A program made the translations under genes and the position numbers. From Octopus vulgaris (taxonomy: Eukaryota), in assembly GCA_951406725.2 (NCBI GenBank), contig OX597826.1:15686001-15750000 (forward strand): a DNA stretch of 64,000 nucleotides. The letters run 5' to 3'. Each line of letters starts with the position of its first letter. Within the stretch, counting starts at the first letter, position 1. Positions 1 through 10,170 of this stretch are shown here, piece by piece. The notes below the pieces were generated by a model. It was given only the letters and a program-made list of their open reading frames with translations, was not told the origin of the DNA and searched no databases.

Positions 1-608
1 TCATGATAAATACAGTCATCGATAAAATAGACAAAAGAAGAAAGGGATAATTATGAATATCGAGGTGAATATGGGGTAAGGTGTAAGGAGAAAGAACGGG
101 AAATAGAGAGGAAAATGTTATAAAAATGTGAGGAATAGGAGAGAAGGGGAAAATAGAAAACAAAAACCAAAAAGGAAAAAAAGAAGTGAAAGTGAAAGGA
201 AAGAAACAATGAAAACCGAATGAAAGAGAACTTTGTGATGCTTGGGCATAAAAGGAAAGGTTGTAAAACTAAGTATGGGGGGCGTCGACTGGAGAGACGG
301 GATGAAAGGAAGTATATTAAAAAGAAAAAATGGAATGCCATATAAAACAAGTTTCCTACGGTGTAAGTGAAGCAGTGTAAACTGATGGCAACCTGGTTAA
401 ATATCAGTGTCAGATGCATTTATGCAAGAATTGGGAAACTCTAAGAATAAAAGTATCAAAATGAATTTAAAAAGACGAATTATAAAACAGATATTACGCA
501 TGTAAAAGCAAAGTATGAATTCGAATTAAAGTAGTGAAAAATTCTTACTAGAGAATGTAGCAGATATAAGCACATATAAGGAAAATTGATAAAAGCAAGG
601 TCGAAAAA

Positions 609-668
<60 letters not shown>

Positions 669-1301
669 TTGTATCTATATAAGAAGATTAGAGAAAGTCA
701 GTTCATGGTAAACAGAAAATGGTTTGAAAATCTATGTGGACAGAACGGGATTACATCGTAAGCTTTATAATGGTGAACATACTTATTCTCACGAAATGTC
801 TCAAGGGATCCCGTGCTGAAAAGTTTCATGCGCCCTCACTAATAAGATCACCCAGAGAGAAGCGATAAACAATGGACGTTGAAATGATGGATATAATTCG
901 ATGAAGTAATAGAATACGTGAAGGTTGCGGTACATAACATATCTGTCATGTAAAGCCTCTTAAAATCATTAGATGTTATGTATATTTTGGCGTAAATGTA
1001 TTTTAGTGGTGGTACAATTATAAACAACACTATATCACAAACAATCACCACTCAAATAGCAAGGCAATTAATACTTAATCGACAATTATATTTCTTGTTG
1101 TCACGAGTAAAGTTCATTACAATATTTATCTAGTCATTCCTGCGAGAAGATTCATCATCATCATCATCATTATTATTATTGAAGTTACTATTATCGTGAT
1201 TATTACAACAATCATTATTGCCATTATATATCATTTTATATTCACATACATATATATGAGTGTATATATGTATATATATATATATTTATATATATATACA
1301 C

Positions 1302-1708
1302 TTACTCTTTTAATTGTTTCAGTCATTTGACTGCAGCCATGCTGGAGCAACACCTTTAGTTCAGCAAAGCGACCCAGGACTTATTTTTTGTAAGCCTAGT
1401 ACTTATTATATCGGTCTCTTTTGCCGAGCCACTAAGTTACGGGGACGTAAACACACCAGTATCGGTTGTCAAGCGAAGTTGGGGGGACAAACAGAGACAC
1501 ACAAACACACACACCTATATATATACATATATATATATATACATATATATATATACATATACATATATACGACGGGCTTCTTTCAGTTTCCGTCTACCAA
1601 ATCCACTCACAAAGTTTTGGTCGGCTCGAGGCTATAGTAGAATAGATTTGCCCAAGGTGCCACGCAGTCGTACTGAACCCGGAAGCATGTTGCTGGAAAG
1701 CAAGCTAT
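1302..1708 (-). mobile_element. tRNA-derived SINE, family A (near full length)
   Basis: Minus strand reads a B-box-like head (ccgggttcagtac), then ggcaccttgggcaa...ggaaactgaaagaagcccgtcg, an internal (TA/CA)n and a tail ...gactgaaacaattaaaagagta; closely similar to the copy at 34520-34947. Confidence 0.85.
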
Positions 1709-2165
1709 TTATTTAATTTTATTTGCCATAAAGAAAGTACATAGAGTAGCTGCGAGCTGGACAAGTACATTAATGAATGAAAATGAAATAAAATGAATAA
1801 ATGAGAGACGAAACCCAACGCCCGCCGATTGGATTTTTCTCGAAAACATATTCTTTTTTTAAAACTCAACATGAGTTTTCAAACCTCTAGCAAAAAGGAG
1901 GCACTAAAACCTCTTATTTAACATGATTTTCTTTTTAAAAACATAATTGAGGTTATAAACCACTACAAATAAGGCAAAAATATGAGGTTTCAAACCCTCT
2001 AACGAGGCTTTTTCCCCTCCTCCTCATCGATATATACATCAATATATCCGCCATTATCTTTAATGCCGTTTAATTTCCTGTATCCCTCCATTTCCCATGC
2101 CTCATTCATGTACGGGACGTAAGTCGTATATGAATATACATGCATACATATGTATATATTCAGAC

Positions 2166-2272
<107 letters not shown>

Positions 2273-2280
2273 CAATATAT

Positions 2281-3134
2281 ACACACATCAATACCTAAAT
2301 TTTAAGTCGTGCCATCCACCACATACAAAACGTAACATCCCATACTGCCTAGCCAGAAGAATTTGTACTATTGTAGAAGATGCAAATATCAGGAACAAAC
2401 GCCTAATAGAACTAAGAGAATTTTTGCTCAAACAAAAATACCCATCTCTACTTATAGAAAATGGCATACAGCGGGCTATAAAAATACCTATACAACAACT
2501 TAGGACAACCCAAGGAAGAGGAAAACAAGAACAAGTCATACCATTCATAGTGACACACAACCCATGTCACCAGAATATCTTCAACATTGCCAAAGCAAAC
2601 CTACCAATCATTGCCCAAAGTAATGAATTAAAAGACATAATCAAGGATCGAGCTATGGTACTTAGTAAAAGACAGCCTAAAAACTTGAAAACATTACTAA
2701 CAAAGGCAAAATTTGACCTCAGCAACAAAGACCAAACATTCACGGTATCTAAATGCAATGATAGCCGATGTGGCACATGCCAATTCATACATACCGGTCA
2801 ATATATAAACACAAAAACCGGGAAAATATTCACAAACGCGAATATGAACTGCAAAAGCAGAAATTTAATTTACTGCATCAAATGCCCAAATTGTGAAGAA
2901 ATATATGTAGGTCAGACGGGAAACGCACTATTAGAACGCTCACGTGTACACCGGCAACAGATTAGAGACCCAGAGGTCCGTCAGATACCTTTGAGTAACC
3001 ACCTAGCAACATGTGGTCGGAAAATATATATAATATTTCCATTCTACAAATTACACAGCCCAAGTGAAATCGAGAGGAAAATCAGAGAAAAGAATTTTAT
3101 TGATAAATTCGAACCCAAGCTAAATAAGCAATAA
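2281..3134 (+). pseudogene. 5'-truncated copy of the PLE RT C-terminus plus GIY-YIG endonuclease
   Basis: ORF 2424-3134 matches the C-terminal 236 aa of ORF 5495-7405 apart from F/C near the end; the copy starts mid-protein. Confidence 0.9.
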
Positions 3135-3450
3135 TAATAATACTTAGAGGTATTACTTCCACTGCTACGACCATGACCACTAACAACAACAACAATACTA
3201 AAGGTGATCAAGACGAAGATAGCAGGAAAATTATCTTATTTAGGGTTAAAAGTTCTATTGCCACCACCATCACCACTAGCAACAATAATTAAGGTGCTGA
3301 CAATGATGATGATGACAATTGAAATATAAAAATATAAAAATCTCTGACAAAGGATATTTACAACATTTCTAAAAATAACCCAACAATTGCTGCTTCGGCC
3401 AGGGTCAAGATACAGGACTCTTGACCTGTCCAACAAAGCCTGATGCCTAA

Positions 3451-3595
3451 ACCAATCAGCTCAACCAACCAATCAGCTTAAGTAATTGAGTGATACTACA
3501 CACTGATTGGTCAGAATACAGTTTGCAAAACCTAGCACTCTGGAGCCTACCCAGCTGTATTTATAGCAAAGAATCACTCATCTTGCTACAGTCAA
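3451..3595 (+). promoter_or_regulatory. Putative pseudo-LTR Pol II promoter (three CCAAT boxes and a TATA-like box); copy at 7722-7866
   Basis: ACCAATCAGC at 3451 and 3468, reverse CTGATTGGT at 3503, TATTTATA at 3558; lies about 300-400 bp upstream of the ORF1 ATG. PLE pseudo-LTRs are known to supply the promoter for the downstream unit. Confidence 0.5.
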
Positions 3596-3628
3596 AAATT
3601 GTGAAGCATGACTGTCAACACTACTACA

Positions 3629-3673
3629 TGAACCCGAAGATTGCAGAATTCAATGCATGAAAGTACTAGTTCA
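3629..3673 (+). ncRNA. Minimal type I hammerhead ribozyme (PLE-associated)
   Basis: Stem I TGAAC/GTTCA; core CCGAAGA (CUGANGA variant); stem II TGCA-gaattcaa-TGCA; GAAA; palindromic GTAC minimal stem III; TA cleavage site at 3667-3668. Confidence 0.8.
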
Positions 3674-3878
3674 ATCAGAATGAATATTTAACATTCTACT
3701 ATTTCATTTTATTTTATTCAATTATAATATATTATCTTATAATATATCATTATAAGATTGTAAATAAAACGTGAAAATCAGACAAGGTTGGAATTCTTTT
3801 TATTAATATATTCTTCTATACACAATCACACACACCCATATATATATATATCTATATTCCTATTGTGTATATGCCAAC

Positions 3879-5171
3879 ATGTCTGGAAAGCAACAAACAA
3901 AATTAACAGAATCCGAAAGAATTCTAATGGAAATTTCATCGAAATTATCAACACTCATCACGATGATTGACACACAATCCTCTATTTTAAAGGAAATAGA
4001 AAAACAGTCTACAGACGGAAAACTTGGAAATGAACACATAAACTCTGAAATTAAGAATTTAGCTGAAATGATACCAACAATTATAAAATCTACAAGAGAA
4101 AGCCTACCACAACCTCCTTGGATGTCAGAAATAAACGAAAGAAATCTGGAAAAAGAGGCACACCGAAAAAGAGAAGAGATACAGAAGACATGGAAAAAAC
4201 TCCTTAACATAAGAAAACAAAACTTCTGGAAGGCATATAAATGCGAAAAATATGCTGAAATACATTCGAAATGGATATCTTTAGCGGCACCCATACTTCC
4301 TCGGAAGTACCTAATTAAAGAAATTGCAGGAGAACCAGAGGAAGAAACTAAACTTCGATGGGACCTTAGTTTGATAAAATTCAGGACCGACATCTCCATT
4401 ACCCTGTCTAAACAATCCCGCTACAAAGCCAAATACGAAGCTATCGATGATCAAATCAGAGATGAAATATCCAAACTAACGACCGGCAATATAGCAGAAA
4501 AAATGCGAGAACTATGGATCAGAGATATCTCAAAAGAAGAAAGCAGATCAAGAAAGTTTTGGCAGCGGAAACAATTATTTCTCGACAAATATGCTACAAA
4601 TTACGGTAAAGACACCAGAACTCCGAGAAATAGCATTAAAAGTGGACAACCTCACCAACGCAACATACACCAGAACACGTGGCAACATGAACACCCGTTT
4701 CACCACGAATCGAAGACGAACTACGGTAAGAACTCTTCCCATTTTGTATGCAAACACCCTAATGCACACAACATGAACAAAAAGCACAAACAAAATAGAT
4801 ATTGTTTTGAACAGACCATTAGCAGTAGAAATAACAGGAGATCATTTTCAAGACCTCAACAGAGATTACCCACAAGAAACTGGACAAAAAACCGATCTAG
4901 ATCTAGAAGTAAACCCAGATCATTTCTCCAGGTGGTTAAAAACAATGCTAACAAGAAATTGAAAAGTAGCATACATAATACCAAAAACAAGACAGAAAAC
5001 ATAACGAAACCAAGTAAAGTACCACAACCAAAACGCAAAATTCATCAAGCAAACATCAACAGGAATATAAATCATAACCAGAAAAAAATCCATTTTTTTA
5101 CGTCAGGACAACAAACACCGGAGAAAGAAAAAATCCAAGAGGAAACATACCCCAAACAACTGAACGTATAG
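3879..5171 (+). CDS. PLE ORF1, 430 aa: helical/coiled-coil-like N-terminal two-thirds and a basic N/K/R/S-rich C-terminus; function unknown
   Basis: Long uninterrupted ORF with a good start context (ccaacATGt), inside the element between the pseudo-LTR and the RT ORF; contains an RSRSRSKPRS tract. Confidence 0.8.
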   Translation: MSGKQQTKLTESERILMEISSKLSTLITMIDTQSSILKEIEKQSTDGKLGNEHINSEIKNLAEMIPTIIKSTRESLPQPPWMSEINERNLEKEAHRKREEIQKTWKKLLNIRKQNFWKAYKCEKYAEIHSKWISLAAPILPRKYLIKEIAGEPEEETKLRWDLSLIKFRTDISITLSKQSRYKAKYEAIDDQIRDEISKLTTGNIAEKMRELWIRDISKEESRSRKFWQRKQLFLDKYATNYGKDTRTPRNSIKSGQPHQRNIHQNTWQHEHPFHHESKTNYGKNSSHFVCKHPNAHNMNKKHKQNRYCFEQTISSRNNRRSFSRPQQRLPTRNWTKNRSRSRSKPRSFLQVVKNNANKKLKSSIHNTKNKTENITKPSKVPQPKRKIHQANINRNINHNQKKIHFFTSGQQTPEKEKIQEETYPKQLNV

Positions 5172-7405
5172 ATCCTAAAATAATTAATTTATCAAAAAGA
5201 GATCTTGACAATGATGAAATCCAACTTCTGTCAAAAGGACTGAAATTCACACCTACACCAACAGCCAACCACCAAGAATTAAAGGAGGATATCCAAAAAT
5301 TCTGTCGAAAATTACGACTTGTAGAATTCTTCGCTAACAAAAGTAATGAGATTGATGAATCCCTAGTAAGGAATAAATCAAATTTCACCCCACCAAAAGG
5401 AAGAAATAACTACCTTGACCAATACATTGATATCCTGTCTAAATTTCCCCTTAGACGCAATACCAATGTTAGGCCAAACATTAGCAAATCAGAGATGTCT
5501 GCATGTAAACGTATACAAAACGATCAAACAATAATAATTAAACAAGCAGATAAAGGTGGTGCAATTGTTATTATGGATACCGAATACTATAAGGATTTGG
5601 TTGAAGACCAACTGAAGGATACAACCTTCTATTGTGAAATACCCGCAAATATAGACCACCACATCATGAAAAAGATCAACAACCTGATTTCAACACACCA
5701 CAACTCACTTACGGATAATGAAAAAGACTACATCACCAATTTTGAACCAAAACCCAGCAACTTCTACGGCTTACCAAAAATACACAAATCAAAAAACATT
5801 CAACAGGCAGTAAAAGAACAAGAAAGTGAGTACATAAAATTATTACATCCAAAAGACCTAAAACTTAGACCTATTATAGCTGGTCCAGCATGCCCTACAC
5901 ACCGTCTAAGCAATTTTATTGACATTGTTTTGAAACCACTATGTACTTACATACCAAGTTTCATCAGGGATGACATCGACTTCCTGTCCCATCTTCCCAA
6001 AACAACAGAAACAAATTCAGTTTTACTAAGTTTTGATGTGGTAAGCCTCTACACCAATATTCCACACGATTTAGGAATAAAGGCGATTAAATACTGGTTA
6101 GAAAAACATAGAGAAGTGATTCCCAGCAGATTCACAGTGCCATTTATATTAGACACAGTCAAACTTATTCTAGAAAATAACACATTCTTCTTCAATGGAA
6201 AGAATTACATCCAAATTAGAGGCACGGCGATGGGAACGAGGTTTGCTCCCGTTTACGCCAACTCTGTAATGGGATACTTAGAAGAACAACTCTACCAAGA
6301 GGTGGAGGTAAACTATGGCACTGGATTTAGAAAGTATATTGAAAAGGCATGGAAGAGATACCTAGACGACTGTTTCATAATCTGGACAGAATCTCTAAAT
6401 ACTCTGGAAGAGTTCAATATCCTCCTGAACAACCTACACCCATCTCTCAAATTTACAAAGGAGATGAGTAGTACCAAATTACCATTCCTGGATATAATGG
6501 TAATTAAAAAAGACACCACCATCACCACAGATATATACTATAAACACACAGACACACATCAATACCTAAATTTTAAGTCGTGCCATCCACCACATACAAA
6601 ACGTAACATCCCATACTGCCTAGCCAGAAGAATTTGTACTATTGTAGAAGATGCAAATATCAGGAACAAACGCCTAATAGAACTAAGAGAATTTTTGCTC
6701 AAACAAAAATACCCATCTCTACTTATAGAAAATGGCATACAGCGGGCTATAAAAATACCTATACAACAACTTAGGACAACCCAAGGAAGAGGAAAACAAG
6801 AACAAGTCATACCATTCATAGTGACACACAACCCATGTCACCAGAATATCTTCAACATTGCCAAAGCAAACCTACCAATCATTGCCCAAAGTAATGAATT
6901 AAAAGACATAATCAAGGATCGAGCTATGGTACTTAGTAAAAGACAGCCTAAAAACTTGAAAACATTACTAACAAAGGCAAAATTTGACCTCAGCAACAAA
7001 GACCAAACATTCACGGTATCTAAATGCAATGATAGCCGATGTGGCACATGCCAATTCATACATACCGGTCAATATATAAACACAAAAACCGGGAAAATAT
7101 TCACAAACGCGAATATGAACTGCAAAAGCAGAAATTTAATTTACTGCATCAAATGCCCAAATTGTGAAGAAATATATGTAGGTCAGACGGGAAACGCACT
7201 ATTAGAACGCTCACGTGTACACCGGCAACAGATTAGAGACCCAGAGGTCCGTCAGATACCTTTGAGTAACCACCTAGCAACATGTGGTCGGAAAATATAT
7301 ATAATATTTCCATTCTACAAATTACACAGCCCAAGTGAAATCGAGAGGAAAATCAGAGAAAAGAATTGTATTGATAAATTCGAACCCAAGCTAAATAAGC
7401 AATAA
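5078..7405 (+). CDS. PLE ORF2: reverse transcriptase + Cys-rich linker + GIY-YIG endonuclease (open from 5078; first ATG only at 5495)
   Basis: Manual translation upstream of 5495 shows no stop back to TAA 5075-5077 and gives IINLS...LLSKGLKFTPTP. Motifs: ADKGG, FYGLPKIHK, LRPII, SFDVVSLYTNIP, GTAMG, RYLDD, CNDSRCGTC, NLIYCIKCPNCEEIYVGQTG, R..H...H. Confidence 0.95.
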   Translation, partial: PEKNPFFYVRTTNTGERKNPRGNIPQTTERIDPKIINLSKRDLDNDEIQLLSKGLKFTPTPTANHQELKEDIQKFCRKLRLVEFFANKSNEIDESLVRNKSNFTPPKGRNNYLDQYIDILSKFPLRRNTNVRPNISKSEMSACKRIQNDQTIIIKQADKGGAIVIMDTEYYKDLVEDQLKDTTFYCEIPANIDHHIMKKINNLISTHHNSLTDNEKDYITNFEPKPSNFYGLPKIHKSKNIQQAVKEQESEYIKLLHPKDLKLRPIIAGPACPTHRLSNFIDIVLKPLCTYIPSFIRDDIDFLSHLPKTTETNSVLLSFDVVSLYTNIPHDLGIKAIKYWLEKHREVIPSRFTVPFILDTVKLILENNTFFFNGKNYIQIRGTAMGTRFAPVYANSVMGYLEEQLYQEVEVNYGTGFRKYIEKAWKRYLDDCFIIWTESLNTLEEFNILLNNLHPSLKFTKEMSSTKLPFLDIMVIKKDTTITTDIYYKHTDTHQYLNFKSCHPPHTKRNIPYCLARRICTIVEDANIRNKRLIELREFLLKQKYPSLLIENGIQRAIKIPIQQLRTTQGRGKQEQVIPFIVTHNPCHQNIFNIAKANLPIIAQSNELKDIIKDRAMVLSKRQPKNLKTLLTKAKFDLSNKDQTFTVSKCNDSRCGTCQFIHTGQYINTKTGKIFTNANMNCKSRNLIYCIKCPNCEEIYVGQTGNALLERSRVHRQQIRDPEVRQIPLSNHLATCGRKIYIIFPFYKLHSPSEIERKIREKNCIDKFEPKLNKQ

Positions 7406-8073
7406 TAATAATACTTAGAGGTATTACTTCCACTGCTACGACCATGACCACTAACAACAACAACAATACTAAAGGTGATCAAGACGAAGATAGCAGGAAA
7501 ATTATCTTATTTAGGGTTAAAAGTTCTATTGCCACCACCATCACCACTAGCAACAATAATTAAGGTGCTGACAATGATGATGATGACAATTGAAATATAA
7601 AAATATAAAAATCTCTGACAAAGGATATTTACAACATTTCTAAAAATAACCCAACAATTGCTGCTTCGGCCAGGGTCAAGATACAGGACTCTTGACCTGT
7701 CCAACAAAGCCTGATGCCTAAACCAATCAGCTCAACCAACCAATCAGCTTAAGTAATTGAGTGATACTACACACTGATTGGTCAGAATACAGTTTGCAAA
7801 ACCTAGCACTCTGGAGCCTACCCAGCTGTATTTATAGCAAAGAATCACTCATCTTGCTACAGTCAAAAATTGTGAAGCATGACTGTCAACACTACTACAT
7901 GAACCCGAAGATTGCAGAATTCAATGCATGAAAGTACTAGTTCAATCAGAATGAATATTTAACATTCTACTATTTCATTTTATTTTATTCAATTATAATA
8001 TATTATCTTATAATATATCATTATAAGATTGTAAATAAAACGTGAAAATCAGACAAGGTTGGAATTCTTTTTA

Positions 8074-8082
<9 letters not shown>
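6552..8082 (+). repeat. Downstream copy of the 1.53 kb direct repeat (3' end of the full-length PLE including a 3' UTR of about 680 bp)
   Basis: Matches 2281-3811; AATAAA near the end; runs directly into (TA)n. Confidence 0.95.
7900..7944 (+). ncRNA. Minimal type I hammerhead ribozyme, second copy
   Basis: Identical to 3629-3673. Confidence 0.8.
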
Positions 8083-8104
<22 letters not shown>

Positions 8105-8190
8105 GGACTATATATATATGGACACAATTATTGGTAAATACATACAGCATACAAGCATATATCCACATACACACACATACATACATGCAT

Positions 8191-8225
<35 letters not shown>

Positions 8226-9119
8226 CAAATATACAACTTGATTGCTGGTGAATAATTTGTCTCCAAAATCTCCTTGACATAATGTATTTAGAACCCTAAG
8301 ACTATGCCAGAATAACAAAAACCTAATTCAATGTGCCTCCCTGTTGTATAGAATTATTAACTATTTGGTTACAAGTGAAACGTTAACTTCGCATCTATGT
8401 CAGCACCCGTACAAAGTTCATAGAACAACACCACTCTAGATTTTTCCTGACGTAACAGCTTGGAATATTCTCCGTTAGGAACGTAATTCTTTGTTTAGTT
8501 CCACGAACAAAACACTTAAAGAGATGAAACCATTATTAATAGATAAAAGCATAATCCTTATTTGATACGTTGAAAATCCTTTGAGTCATTCTCTCTTAGC
8601 TACCTAACTTTGAGCATATTAACTATGTGGTGCAAAATTTGACTTGTAGATGAAAAGAATATGAAAGTCTACTGAAGAAAAAAATTAGCGATCTTCCGTT
8701 TCCAACCAAAATGCACTTATCATTTTATTTTATATTTCATACTTATACTTTCTACAAATTTTCTCAACCTTCATTTTTCTGAAAAATTACTAAAAATATT
8801 TTGTAGATAGTACTTATTTGATATAAAATATTAATTACTAAATTAAAATATATATCTGAACACATATATATATATATATTTGAATAGATATTAGCTAAAT
8901 AATTACATATGAGTCTCTATGAATACCATGTACATTGAATATTTTTGACAGAGATTCAGTAAAGAATGTTTCCTTATAAATAAATAGAAGAATCTTCACG
9001 TTTGGTAGCAATCATTTATAATGGAGAACATTCCAATAAATTTACTGTCCAATGCATTATAGACTGATAAAGTCCCTAAATGTGTATTACTCATATGTAA
9101 TCAATTTCATAAACAGGTA

Positions 9120-10170
9120 CAGGATGCATCAGTTTTTTGAGGACATCGCTTTTAAGAACTCTAAATTTCTTGTAATTCATTTTGTATTTTACTGTTGAGA
9201 TAAATAATATCAAATATGATGTGGACCCGACAAAGGAAAAGGCATGCCTCAGTTGTTGCCATAAAAGCGCAGCATAGTGTTTCAGAGATAGCTCGCTTCT
9301 TGAAAGTTGACCAATAACTTCATTGTCAATGTTCGAAAGGAGCTAGAAGCTGCTGACGGTGATACGAGATCAGCAGCTAAATGCAAAACGCATTCATAGG
9401 GTCTCAATACATCAGAACACAAAACTTAATACAAAATGTCCAATTGATAAACTCTCCAGAAAGTCAATCAGAGCTATAGCAAAGACCTCCCTCTCAGAAT
9501 TCACCAGCAGAAATGCACGGAGAATCCGGTAAAAGTAATCTGTAATGCGAAGGGGGTCAGTTTATTTCGGATGTGGCAAAGAATAATCGTTCGATCCGGG
9601 CAAAGCGCTTGATAATTAAGTCAAAACTCCAAAGAGGCTGGAATGCTTTGGCTTTTCTCCAATGAGAAAACACTTCCAACAGAACCGATAAGTAAACAGA
9701 GAGAACAAGAGAGGATTATGCAGGGAACTGAAAGAAATTCCAATGGTCATGCAAACTAAGTGACCAACAACTGTGATAGTTATGAGAGTCGTCAGCAACA
9801 AGGGATACGTTATACTTCGTCACTTTTATCACAGGACATGTGATAAAGAAAATGCCGCTATCTACAAAGAGGTGTTGAAGATAGTTGTGAGGTCCTGGAT
9901 AGACAGATTACCCAACCGAAAAATCGCACATCTTCCAATACGACTCAGTGCATCTCATAAGGCTATGAATACTCAAGCGTGGATGTGTACCGAAATCCAT
10001 GAATATGTTCTCCCAGGCACTATGCCTCCTATCTCGCTCAGTCCACCGTACTTCTATGTATGGGGCATAGTCACGAGAGAGGTCAATCAACACCCACGAA
10101 ACCGGACATTTCAATGCTTCCTACCCTGTGTTGAAGGAACCGATGATGCCAACAGTGTAATAAAATGATT
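9120..10170 (+). mobile_element. Degraded Tc1/mariner (maT/DD37D-like) transposon
   Basis: Left end TA|caggatgcatcagttttttgaggacat resembles the TIR at 62269; the body is colinear with 62375-63300 (ggcatgcc...gcatag, VVSNKGYVI, SPPYFYVWG). Confidence 0.65.

Larger units (their letters stand above)
2281..3811 (+). repeat. Upstream pseudo-LTR: 1.53 kb direct repeat of the element's 3' end
   Basis: Matches 6552-8082; the only difference noticed is T3097 vs G7368 (Phe vs Cys). Confidence 0.95.
2281..8082 (+). mobile_element. Penelope-like element (Neptune/Naiad-type), partial tandem: 5'-truncated copy (pseudo-LTR) followed by a full-length unit
   Basis: RT + GIY-YIG ORF; 2281-3811 is repeated at 6552-8082 (offset 4271); (TA)n on both sides; hammerhead motif in each repeat. 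Confidence 0.95.

Noticed and set aside
3786-3878. Possible PLE 5' intron (AG|GTTGGA donor)
   Set aside because: No convincing acceptor AG before the ORF1 ATG.
3860-4399. 179-aa antisense ORF and other antisense ORFs in the PLE
   Set aside because: Shadows of the A-rich sense ORFs with no motifs.
5094-5163. U_UUU_UUA heptamer and a basic third-frame peptide FLRQDNKHRRKKKSKRKH
   Set aside because: Out of phase with ORF1 and closed by TGA 5161; it does not connect to ORF2.
7406-8082. SECIS element / selenocysteine recoding as reported for Naiad PLEs
   Set aside because: ORF2 has no in-frame UGA, and the ATGA...GA candidates in the 3' UTR lack a proper helix.
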